IMG/VR virus record: IMGVR_UViG_3300027759_006101
Coordinates: 294,270 to 358,269 of that record
Direction: 5' to 3' (one strand)
Length of the DNA: 64,000 nucleotides
Positions within the stretch are counted from its first letter, which is position 1. The number at the start of each line of letters is the position of its first letter. This document shows, piece by piece, positions 57,501 to 64,000 of the stretch. A program made the position numbers and the translations under genes. The notes beneath the pieces were generated by a model. That model made no database searches and was not told the DNA's origin. It worked only from the letters and a program-made list of their open reading frames with translations.

Positions 57501-60500
57501 ACCATCATCTGCATAGCCAATGTTAGCAAGTAATGGAGACTCATTTGATATAGCATAAGAATTAAATCTCATTTTATTGAAAGCTATAGAATTTGTAGAA
57601 AAATTTGCATCACTTTTTGATTCTCCAAATATGTGTGGGAACCAAGAAAACTTATTTCTCATATTAGTGTTTGAACTAATCAGAGAATTATAATTATTTG
57701 TGCTTTGAGATTTTAATAAACTTGTATGTTCTGTCAGTAAAAATGTATGGACATTTCTTGAATTTTTAATTAATTCTGACGAAAGTAAAAAGGGATATTC
57801 GCCTGGTAAAGAAACCCCATTCCCACTTTGAACATTAGGATACCCAACACAATAATTTTCATAAACTCCAGAGTAAAATGAGTCGGTCTGAATGATAGAT
57901 GTATATTTTATATCTTTTTCTTTAGTTGTTGGTACAGTGTAAGCAATCACAATAGAATTTTCAAAACCTGATTCACAAGCTGTTATATCAGTAGCTAATT
58001 CTTTTCCGCCCTTAAATGAAGCTCTTTCTCTTTTTGCTTGTGATAAGTTTCTAGTTGAACTCTTGAAAGATTCTGGATTTGCAAATTGTTTTGATTTCTC
58101 TAACTGAATAAAGTGATCAATTTTATTTTTACCAAATGGAGTTTCTGTTTGATAAAAGCCAAAATCATTAGATTCTGATGAACCTGCCGCTGCTCCAGTA
58201 GATGTTTCAATCAAATTAGCTTTTCTAATGTTATCGTCTGTACTCTTTTGCGGAGGTAAAATTAATCCATTAGCTAGTCCACGAGCTATAATTCCACCAC
58301 GTAAATGCAATACAGAAGTTTGCTGAGTGCCATCTGAATTTTTAAGCGAAGTGTTTCCGAAAAGATCAGGTAAACCTGGCGGAAAATTTCCATTTATTCT
58401 ATGAAATATTGTTTGCGCAAGAAGAGTCTTGAGTTCATTAAAGCTTATATCAATTGCTTTGACATATGAGGTACCACTACCGCTATTTTTTCCGCTTGGT
58501 AATGCTAAAATTCCACCGCCATAAACCCAAGTTGCGTAACCAGTGTCAGAATTTAAATATTCAGGATCTAAGTCTATTGTGTAAATCCTGTCTCCAGTAA
58601 TTGGATCTGTCGGATATGACTTTAATATTTTTTGAGCTAACCATCCAGGATGTCTTACTACTTTAGACGATGGATTATTAACGTTGAGCCACTGCGGGGC
58701 TACATATTCATCTATTTTGTTTATATCATCACAAAGTCCAGAAATTGATTTAGGAAATAACTGCCAATTGTTTAATCTTGAGGACTTTGTTAATTGCCAT
58801 TCAATATCTCCTTCTTCCTCGTCTCTGCTGTCAGTGTTCTGTTGCCAAAATCTTCTTGTGAAATATTGAGTTTCTGTAGGTATTTCAGTCGTATTTGCAT
58901 TTTCAGAAACTGTAAATTTTGTTTTAGATTCGAAAGTGTTATTATTTCCAGAGTAAACAAAATTAGAAAGAGAATTTATTCTTTGAAGCTTAACATTCTT
59001 AAGTTCTAATAAATCATTATCAACTTGAAGTTTAGTAATTCTACTCACTCCATAATAAGGTCCATTACTAGCTTCATCTTCTGGATAGTCATCAATTGCG
59101 TTAACTTCATTTTCTGATGGATCTTTTGAAAGTATATTTGTATTTAGTATTGTATTTTTTGGAAACGTAAATTCAACCAGCCTTGGATCCTTAACAGTTA
59201 TGATTGGAGCATTTGGGTTGAATACAGTTTCTATACCATTTATAGTTGGAGGTATGCCATCATAATTTGGTTCTGAATTTTTATCAAGCTTAGAATATTC
59301 AATATTCCCTCTATACTTATTTTCTTCTACCTTATCAATAGAAGAAAATTTTAAGACAATTGATGCAAATCTATCATCACTCCTTGAAAAAGTAAGTTTT
59401 ATTGAACTGCCTACTGGAAATTGTAAATTTGAGTTTGCATCATTTGGCACTTCTATTGAAAAATAAGAAGTTTCTTCTGCTTGTGAATTTACGTACTGAA
59501 TTATTTTGTATGTTTTTTTAATTTTTAACGTAGAATTTTCGATCTCCACTGAATCATAGGGATTGTTCAAGAATACAGCATTATGCTCAACTTTGATAAT
59601 TTGATTACCATCTACAAAAAGACCAGTTGTTTTTGATAAATTACCTGTAATGTCAGGAAAGCCTGGATTATAATCATAAATTTCAAATTCTTCGGGATAT
59701 TTGCCATCTTTGTCTTTGAGCAAAATACCATCAACAGTATTGTCTTTCGTTAAATCATTTTGAACTTTATAAAAATAAATCTCTTTGAAATAATCTGGAA
59801 TGATATTAATTCTTTTTCCTGTGTCGTCATATGTGTATCCATCAGCAGCAATAAATGGCTTAGCAAGTTTTATTTTTCCGTTAGCAATTCTGGGTCTTCC
59901 AAAAATGTAATTTGTTCCTACACCAGATTTTGGAAAAGCTGAAGTATTTACATCAAAATAATCTACATTTTTAGAAACGGGATCGGTAAGATAAATGACT
60001 CCTGAATCTTGAATTATTTTTTTAATTTCACCAGTAATCCAAATGTTAGATTCACTTCCATCAATAGGCCCAGTGAATAAAAAATTATCTTTCGGTTTGT
60101 TTTCAGCTGCCAATAAACCAAGAGGGCTTAAACTAACAGGTTTTGATGTTGTATATGCATTGAGTCTAGGATATGGTGAATCCTGATTATCAACATTGTC
60201 ATTTTTATTATCAGGATTGCACAAATCAACTATAATATTTTGAAATTTATTTGTACTTGATCTTATCTTCCAATACTTAGTATCTTCTGTCTGACTATTG
60301 TTTGATTTTGTAAAACCTTTTGACGTTTCCGTAATATTAATCAAACTGTTTTGCAAATCATTATTTAACGAACGAACTTCAAGGTTTAAATATCTATAAC
60401 CTGATAAATTTTGATCACCATAGTAATGAGGTTCACCCTGATCACCTACATAATTTCTCGTGTTTCCTTCACCAGGAATAATATATTCTTTATCCTGTTT

Positions 60501-61961
60501 TAAGGTCATTGCATTGAACTTCCATCCTCTTAAGGGAATAGGAATAGATGCACTCCCACTCGGCAGTTCATCTTCACCAATTGTAAGTTCTTGATTTAAA
60601 AAATTAATATTTTCACAACCATCAGCGCCACGAATATATTTATCAGGATAGTCCATATTATCTGTTGGACTTTCCAAATCATCAAAAATTTCATTAGAAT
60701 GAATACCATCAATCATTCCATAAATCCATCTTTGAGTATTATCAAATCTAAGGTTTTTTGAATCAGATTCGGCTTGAGGTAAATCTTGTATTGCATCTAA
60801 AAAACCAGAATATCTTTGATAATCTTGAGACGCACTAATGTTCCCGCTGTTAGTTTCAACAGTCAAGAATTGAGCTTGATTGTAAGTGATAGTTTTGTAT
60901 CTCTTTGGGATATAAATACTACCAAAACCAACTAAATAAGCTTTAAGTGGATTTGTGTGATTTTTGTTCCAATCATATACATTTGCATCAAATGTAACTG
61001 TCCTCGTTGGGTCCGTAATCAAATTTATTCTTGCTTCAGCTTTTCCTCTTATTTCCTTAACATACGTTGAGTTTGGATCTGTGTAACCTTTTATAGAAAA
61101 GTTTTCTGTATCTACTGTTACTAAAGAAGTTTTTGCTTGTGAATTTGATTTAAGATCAGGAGTAGTACCATAAATGCTTACATATCCACTATTACCTGAA
61201 TTAGCAGTATAGGCTGTGATTTTTTTTCCAGCACTATATGAAATTCTTCTGGCTAAAGTAAAGTTAAGTGTTTGAAATCTACTGAACTTATTGACTTTGC
61301 CTTTCGAATCAATTGCAGTAATTTCAATTCCAACTCTGCTTGAAGTATTAGGCTTGATCATTTCAAACCAATTTAATGTTGTGTATCTAGGAAACTGTCT
61401 GACAGTGTCTTTGTTTAAATCTTTAATTACAACAATTTCATCATCACCACAACCTGATGCTGAAGGTTTTGTTTTTATTTCAGATGGCAAAAATTCATCA
61501 ATTCCAACATATTCTTCAAGTGGTGTACCAAAATATACTGTGCCTTCAATAGAGCCTGAAAAAGATTTTAGAGTTTTTGTAGCTACATTTTTATCAAAAT
61601 CAACTAATTCCAAAACAAAACTATCAGAAATATTTACAGCATTTAGACCTTGGCTGATTCCAGCTATAAATTGAAAATTTAGCTTAATTTTGTATTTTTT
61701 GGAACTTTCTACATATTCGGGTTCCAAAAAAACTGTATCTCTTCCAAATGTATTTGATACTGTTAAGTTTGGTTCTCCTACCCTGCAAACAAAACTACAA
61801 TCAGTAGAACTAAAAACAACTTCAGCATTTGTAGGATACGACTTTACAAATATTGGAAATGAAAAATTCTTAATTGGATTGCCCAAAAGCACTTCATAGT
61901 TAAACTTGAATTTGCCAATAAAACTAGTTGTTCTTGATCTATTTGTTCGATAAATGGCCAT
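51522..61961 (-). CDS. Giant tail-tip/fibre protein with 14 tandem PKD domains and a C-terminal RCC1-like propeller (3479 aa)
   Basis: About 1740-aa unique N-terminal part, then 14 repeats carrying P.A.F/I...F.D.S.D.DG.I..W.WDFGDG...H.Y...G.Y.V.L.V.D. C-terminal HSFAVDDLGTLYGSGDNTYGQLG, VSAGDRTS, GVNLDGELG, ISAGGFHSL (RCC1/BLIP-II). No signal peptide. Confidence 0.88.
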   Translation of the reverse strand: MAIYRTNRSRTTSFIGKFKFNYEVLLGNPIKNFSFPIFVKSYPTNAEVVFSSTDCSFVCRVGEPNLTVSNTFGRDTVFLEPEYVESSKKYKIKLNFQFIAGISQGLNAVNISDSFVLELVDFDKNVATKTLKSFSGSIEGTVYFGTPLEEYVGIDEFLPSEIKTKPSASGCGDDEIVVIKDLNKDTVRQFPRYTTLNWFEMIKPNTSSRVGIEITAIDSKGKVNKFSRFQTLNFTLARRISYSAGKKITAYTANSGNSGYVSIYGTTPDLKSNSQAKTSLVTVDTENFSIKGYTDPNSTYVKEIRGKAEARINLITDPTRTVTFDANVYDWNKNHTNPLKAYLVGFGSIYIPKRYKTITYNQAQFLTVETNSGNISASQDYQRYSGFLDAIQDLPQAESDSKNLRFDNTQRWIYGMIDGIHSNEIFDDLESPTDNMDYPDKYIRGADGCENINFLNQELTIGEDELPSGSASIPIPLRGWKFNAMTLKQDKEYIIPGEGNTRNYVGDQGEPHYYGDQNLSGYRYLNLEVRSLNNDLQNSLINITETSKGFTKSNNSQTEDTKYWKIRSSTNKFQNIIVDLCNPDNKNDNVDNQDSPYPRLNAYTTSKPVSLSPLGLLAAENKPKDNFLFTGPIDGSESNIWITGEIKKIIQDSGVIYLTDPVSKNVDYFDVNTSAFPKSGVGTNYIFGRPRIANGKIKLAKPFIAADGYTYDDTGKRINIIPDYFKEIYFYKVQNDLTKDNTVDGILLKDKDGKYPEEFEIYDYNPGFPDITGNLSKTTGLFVDGNQIIKVEHNAVFLNNPYDSVEIENSTLKIKKTYKIIQYVNSQAEETSYFSIEVPNDANSNLQFPVGSSIKLTFSRSDDRFASIVLKFSSIDKVEENKYRGNIEYSKLDKNSEPNYDGIPPTINGIETVFNPNAPIITVKDPRLVEFTFPKNTILNTNILSKDPSENEVNAIDDYPEDEASNGPYYGVSRITKLQVDNDLLELKNVKLQRINSLSNFVYSGNNNTFESKTKFTVSENANTTEIPTETQYFTRRFWQQNTDSRDEEEGDIEWQLTKSSRLNNWQLFPKSISGLCDDINKIDEYVAPQWLNVNNPSSKVVRHPGWLAQKILKSYPTDPITGDRIYTIDLDPEYLNSDTGYATWVYGGGILALPSGKNSGSGTSYVKAIDISFNELKTLLAQTIFHRINGNFPPGLPDLFGNTSLKNSDGTQQTSVLHLRGGIIARGLANGLILPPQKSTDDNIRKANLIETSTGAAAGSSESNDFGFYQTETPFGKNKIDHFIQLEKSKQFANPESFKSSTRNLSQAKRERASFKGGKELATDITACESGFENSIVIAYTVPTTKEKDIKYTSIIQTDSFYSGVYENYCVGYPNVQSGNGVSLPGEYPFLLSSELIKNSRNVHTFLLTEHTSLLKSQSTNNYNSLISSNTNMRNKFSWFPHIFGESKSDANFSTNSIAFNKMRFNSYAISNESPLLANIGYADDGSVIFRTIPLNTSGTVAPVTDQNILVAGKAPTYISEFRLLDTLMLEGIAAPVHPTVSIINSQEYLVSYVLKENLRIINGKFISNYELSDKFELINLDDISGQTLSEESNIFGLTSVYDNRLNVQRNVFFSSGSIVYYEVPVSSSSFGTSVIPKLHLIAGNVNSDFAVNLIQRESMVTYYDSNSELSSVVSKHKPAIISCKHMNYSSDVIVVYDTGNCNLRAVKFNPYSNTFDNITGIACTYVDYPIECVSSADVTTDTNNIKPQALFTANPTSGITDLFVVFSNDSFDFSGSELTYEWDFGDGTSSIETNPTHTFVNSTNVDKEFTVTLIVTNSNGVKSNPTTLKITVYPKVTDLKPTAKFSASPTSGPATLSVLFTNQSFPVKDGSVIATYVWDFLGNGQLSSFSNNDDLIYDYTISGTYKPTLYVEDNFSRKSDLFTGPNIVVSLTPKADFSWKQTSFGPVFNVKFTDKSTPANIVTSWAWDFGDGQTSYSQNPEHFYDLPGVYDVKLTVTNSSNDTNSINYSVSVSGQGNNNPIANFSYSQVDKTYTVNFLDTSEGQIVNWKWLFDANNLSLTSNIQNPVFNYSTFGSYTVSLEVTDSFGNTDIEVKTITVSEITNQPPVINLINATQTSFEPIIVKFTEESSDIDGYIIKWEWNFGDGSDIYSTTSSLSKNPTHQYVSPGVYDVTLTVTDNGLFDGTNKKSSQKSLQIEVFAPPANKPPQASFTVDNNNNFAPLAVNFTDTSTDTDGFIVKWLWELENNSFVEFNLQNYRKTISYVFTKSGLYTVKLTVTDNNGLSNTATFDIIVNNSLPNSIFTISPNPINSKESANFDGSKSFDSDGTIVSYNWDFGDTVRQDNASPNVSHIYNRPGLYTISLEVIDNFGASNISQKTLTVNNRKPTARISYTSLIVKAPGSLLFSGQNSFDEDGNIVSYAWVVSNGQVSSLQNPTFQFTSEGSYTVTLTVTDDFGDSNSTQVVVNVSPADNILPNAILLVDKNTGLVNDLFNFDVASSKDPDGFITFYEIDFGDGNTTSFVNPANISHIYKSVGIYNASLVVTDNRNGRSLPSNQQITIINQPPSANFSFNPTNPQTLQTINFIDSSTDPENDLVRWEWNFGDQNSFVTSDANKKSPQHQYAFGNKTYSVTLTVYDKFNLSNSITKNIFVSNRIPVAVISTNPTDVNKVITGFAPFTVIFDSLAFDLDGSISDYEWTISGLQITPITTKSFIYTFNTPRFVPYTVSHRVRDNDGFWSNTVTVAVKVNPPNQPPVARITANPVSNTSFAPLDVTFSGAGSYDPDNIGGPLAYYWDFGNGQTSFEQIAVTRYTQPGTYNVSLKVIDNQDGSSTETLSYIVRNNQPIAVLNTVPPGITQVEINTSVTFTSDGSNDSDINQFISGYKWLVDGINQNLNTPEISFIFTSTGNHTVTLSVFDNFGLESIPVNKTIFVVRTPPPPPPNKNPIAVISNEPELSGNIELKVGDTYTFDGLLSYDPEDLNNITFEWYLDGVLVRTASQLSYSFNTVGLFLVSLVVADTQNLKSSLLTNLGRRLNVPVNVSPVPKVDANKLFTTGQSINGAIASGAYEPNRYGYELVDDTKKYVIIESGLKHSFAVDDLGTLYGSGDNTYGQLGLPSNISKVNVLTKIPLNSKFKVVKVSAGDRTSAIIVEDTVLNKKVLLVCGDNNLGTFGQALPKSNIYGFKSILERNLSNSPLNFSNNDALLDVSTCQHITAFADNKKVWVAGKHNYSSTGFVNEIGFIGIDVRQNPDLFLTTPMMPFKIEIGFFDPTSPNDFIGYVTGIAFDPDNQIVWFAGKTNLRGWGYAYDISTYENRIGVLLADTDPYFNRAIYFYGFTNANEIPAFLISPGTAAENQNFLPGDPKAETFQKISVSNFGYLALSENYYWPWGVNLDGELGFASSYKDTLSENSKNGRFPGEISSVVDIANPTDISAGGFHSLLIASSAKPSTNTFTFVRTGGYPNPDVLTVYPTEQSAQ
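52870..56725 (-). repeat. Array of 14 PKD (Ig-like) protein repeats
   Basis: Counted by eye from KPQALFTANP (near 56720) to NKNPIAVISN...VADTQNLKSS (near 52880). The repeats are diverged at nucleotide level. Confidence 0.85.
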
Positions 61962-61964
61962 AGC

Positions 61965-63998
61965 TTAACTCTTAAGGAATTGACTTAACATATTTTGTAC
62001 TGTTTGTCTAGTCTCTTGTTTGATTGCTAAAATTTTCTGATCGTATTTTTCTTCTACCTTGAAAATTTCACGGATAATTTCTTGTTTAATATTGTTTATT
62101 TCTTGTTTTGTAATAACATTGTTTGTTATGTTATTAGTGACATTTTGAATCTTTTTTACAAGTAATTCTTCAACCTTATTTTCTATTACTTTTTCCTGAG
62201 CTTCCTTTTCCTGTTTTTCTTGATAATATGATTTTTTCTCAAACTTACTAATGTTCTCAACTTTGTAGTAGTTTTGATTTTTTTGTTTGTGGATATCTAT
62301 TTTTACTCTTTCATTATTTTGTGTAATTCTGTATGTGTCAGTATTTTTAGTAAGTTTTATTTTTTGCTTAATTTGTTCATTGTTTACTTTGACTAAATTT
62401 AAAGTTTGAAAGAAATTTTTAATTTCTTTTTTAGTGCTTGTTTTTTTCGTTCCAGAATAGTCGCTAAAATTCACTAAGTCAAAGAAAGATTGCTCAGCTT
62501 TAGATGCTTTACTATCAACTCTTTCACTCATTTTGTAAAGTCTATCTATTTGTTTATTTATGGATGAGAAAGTTTTTTCAGTCTTCTTCTCAGATTTTAT
62601 TAAAGAAGTTATATTTAATTCAGAAAATAAATTTGTAATGTTTTTCTTGTTTGAGTCAAAACTATATCTGTTGACAAAGTTCAAGTTTTTTTCATTTTTA
62701 ATAAGGTTTATATTTTCGAAAAATTCAGATACTTTTTTTATTTCACTGTATGAATTATTAATTCTAGTGATAGGTGCTACTTTTGATATGGATTCAACAA
62801 AGTCAAGTGTTTTTAAAGTTTCTTGAATTTTGACTTTTTCTGAATATGTCTTGATCTGTCTTTCAAGTTTAACAACATTTAAAATATCATTTTTAGTTAA
62901 ATTGATATTTGAAATTTCTGAAAGGTTTTTGATATTTGATGTTTTGTTTATTACATTTTGAAAATTTGTTACTCCTAAGTTATTTATGCTTTGAATAACT
63001 TTTTCAACTTGTTCTAAATTATTATATTTATTAACTGTCAATGGAGATATAGAATTTATTACATTAAGAACAGATGTAATATTTTTTTCTTCTAATTTTT
63101 TTAGCTCTGTAAAAGTTCTTGCATCAAGCTTAGTATTTTGCAATAACTCTATAAATTTATTAACTTGTGAGTTATTTGAAATCTTAAATACATTTTGGTT
63201 ATCTAACTTATTTTGATTTAAGATAGAGAAGTTTTCACTAAACTCATTAAAATTATCAATATTTTTTATCTGTCTAATTTTCTTGATATTTTGTTTTATT
63301 TTATTATCAGTAAATATATTAATCAAATCCAAGAAACTACTGTTTTCTATTTTTGAAAGTTTTATAATTTTTTGAATTTTTGTTTCATCAATTTTTATTT
63401 GAGCAACTTGTTTTATCGTGTTGCTTATTTGCTCAACACTTGAAAAATTTGAAGTTTTTAAGATACTTTGCGATATTAAATTAAAATTTTTAGACACTTG
63501 AGAAAAATTAGAGATTGCATAATTTTTTGATAATGATTCTGTCAAAGATAGCAAATTTTTTACATTAGAAATTTTTTCAGAGCTCAACTTTACTGATGAT
63601 ATATTATTATTTTTAGTTACATTAATAATTTCAGAAATTTGCTTGATGTTTGCAGTACTGGAGTTACTTTGACGTACTAGCGTTGTCAAAGAGTTTAAAG
63701 TTTCTTCATTGTTTACTACAGATAATAATTTTTTTATTTGAGTATTATTGGAAATGTTACTTATCTTATTTAAAACAATATTTGAATATTCATCAGACAA
63801 TTCTTTATTATTCAGAATATTTTTTATATCATTTGAAATCTTATTTTCAGTCTTGTAATTCAATACTGAAACTTTTTGGTTATCTAACTTATTTTGATTT
63901 AAGATAGAGAAGTTTTCACTAAACTCATTAAAATTATCAATATTTTTTATCTGTCTAATTTTCTTGATATTTTGTTTTATTTTATTATCAGTAAATAT
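61965..63998 (-). CDS. Low-complexity N/K/I/S-rich helical protein, 5'-partial (>=677 aa)
   Basis: The frame stays open beyond the ORF-track TTG (63863) to the window edge (...NKLDNQKVSVLNYKTENK...). Extremely AT-rich, no Trp or Cys seen, coiled-coil-like C-terminus. Confidence 0.7.
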   Translation of the reverse strand: MFTDNKIKQNIKKIRQIKNIDNFNEFSENFSILNQNKLDNQKVSVLNYKTENKISNDIKNILNNKELSDEYSNIVLNKISNISNNTQIKKLLSVVNNEETLNSLTTLVRQSNSSTANIKQISEIINVTKNNNISSVKLSSEKISNVKNLLSLTESLSKNYAISNFSQVSKNFNLISQSILKTSNFSSVEQISNTIKQVAQIKIDETKIQKIIKLSKIENSSFLDLINIFTDNKIKQNIKKIRQIKNIDNFNEFSENFSILNQNKLDNQNVFKISNNSQVNKFIELLQNTKLDARTFTELKKLEEKNITSVLNVINSISPLTVNKYNNLEQVEKVIQSINNLGVTNFQNVINKTSNIKNLSEISNINLTKNDILNVVKLERQIKTYSEKVKIQETLKTLDFVESISKVAPITRINNSYSEIKKVSEFFENINLIKNEKNLNFVNRYSFDSNKKNITNLFSELNITSLIKSEKKTEKTFSSINKQIDRLYKMSERVDSKASKAEQSFFDLVNFSDYSGTKKTSTKKEIKNFFQTLNLVKVNNEQIKQKIKLTKNTDTYRITQNNERVKIDIHKQKNQNYYKVENISKFEKKSYYQEKQEKEAQEKVIENKVEELLVKKIQNVTNNITNNVITKQEINNIKQEIIREIFKVEEKYDQKILAIKQETRQTVQNMLSQFLKS
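63193..63319. repeat. 127-bp perfect direct repeat, copy 1
   Basis: Identical base-for-base to 63874-64000; offset 681 nt (227 codons, in frame). Confidence 0.95.
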
Positions 63999-64000
63999 AT
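63874..64000. repeat. 127-bp perfect direct repeat, copy 2 (runs off the window edge)
   Basis: Identical to 63193-63319. Confidence 0.95.

Noticed and set aside
2434-63907. About 60 short ORF-track entries (60-150 aa) antisense or out-of-frame within long genes, e.g. 8021-8446, 9233-9670, 26614-26961, 47247-47591, 48281-48733
   Set aside because: They are fully nested in well-supported genes, have shadow-type composition and show no motifs.
1-64000. Bacterial chromosome (gyrBA, dnaK, dnaJ, lepB are housekeeping genes)
   Set aside because: No dnaA/dnaN/recF, grpE or hrcA context. The giant beta-rich proteins lack export signals, phage fibre, hub and tube-like genes dominate, and there are two long unidirectional blocks. 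A huge phage fits better, though no capsid or terminase gene is in the window to prove it.
1-64000. Eukaryotic giant virus (Hsp70, DnaJ, RCC1 repeats)
   Set aside because: Shine-Dalgarno sites, ATGA/TAATG coupling, Rho-independent terminators and a two-subunit bacterial gyrase point to a bacterial host.
1-64000. Alternative genetic code (TAG or TGA recoding, common in some huge phages)
   Set aside because: ORFs up to 3479 aa are open in code 11, and TAA, TAG and TGA all end well-defined genes (gyrB ends TAG, dnaK ends TGA).
51522-64000. Diversity-generating retroelement acting on fibre tips
   Set aside because: No reverse transcriptase in the window. The only near-identical repeat pair is 100% identical with no adenine-specific mismatches.
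1-64000. tRNA, rRNA, CRISPR arrays, IS elements, integrase/att sites
   Set aside because: Intergenic gaps are mostly under 100 nt, and none showed cloverleaf arms, repeat-spacer periodicity or transposase/recombinase motifs on reading by eye.

Overview
AT-rich (roughly 30% GC by eye), almost fully coding segment that best fits a very large (jumbo/huge) tailed bacteriophage using the standard code. The + strand block (1-13423) holds a partial tail-fibre-like giant protein, two hypothetical genes, a complete bacterial-type gyrB-gyrA pair, small virion-type genes, a LamG protein and two paralogous tail-tube-like genes. The - strand block (13424-64000) holds about 41 kb of giant mosaic virion-type proteins (PKD x14 plus RCC1, SwmB-like repeats, PA14, Asp-box and other beta-propellers, a hub-like protein). 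These are followed by a chaperone/protease cluster (S8 subtilisin, S26 signal peptidase, S1 trypsin-like protease, DnaJ, DnaK), an SF2 helicase, a MerC-like membrane protein and a DUF151-like nuclease. The only clear + strand island in that block is an unannotated 23-aa ORF with its own 5' hairpin, strong RBS and terminator. No tRNA, rRNA, CRISPR array, integrase, capsid or terminase was recognised. All family assignments come from motif recognition by eye, not from database searches.
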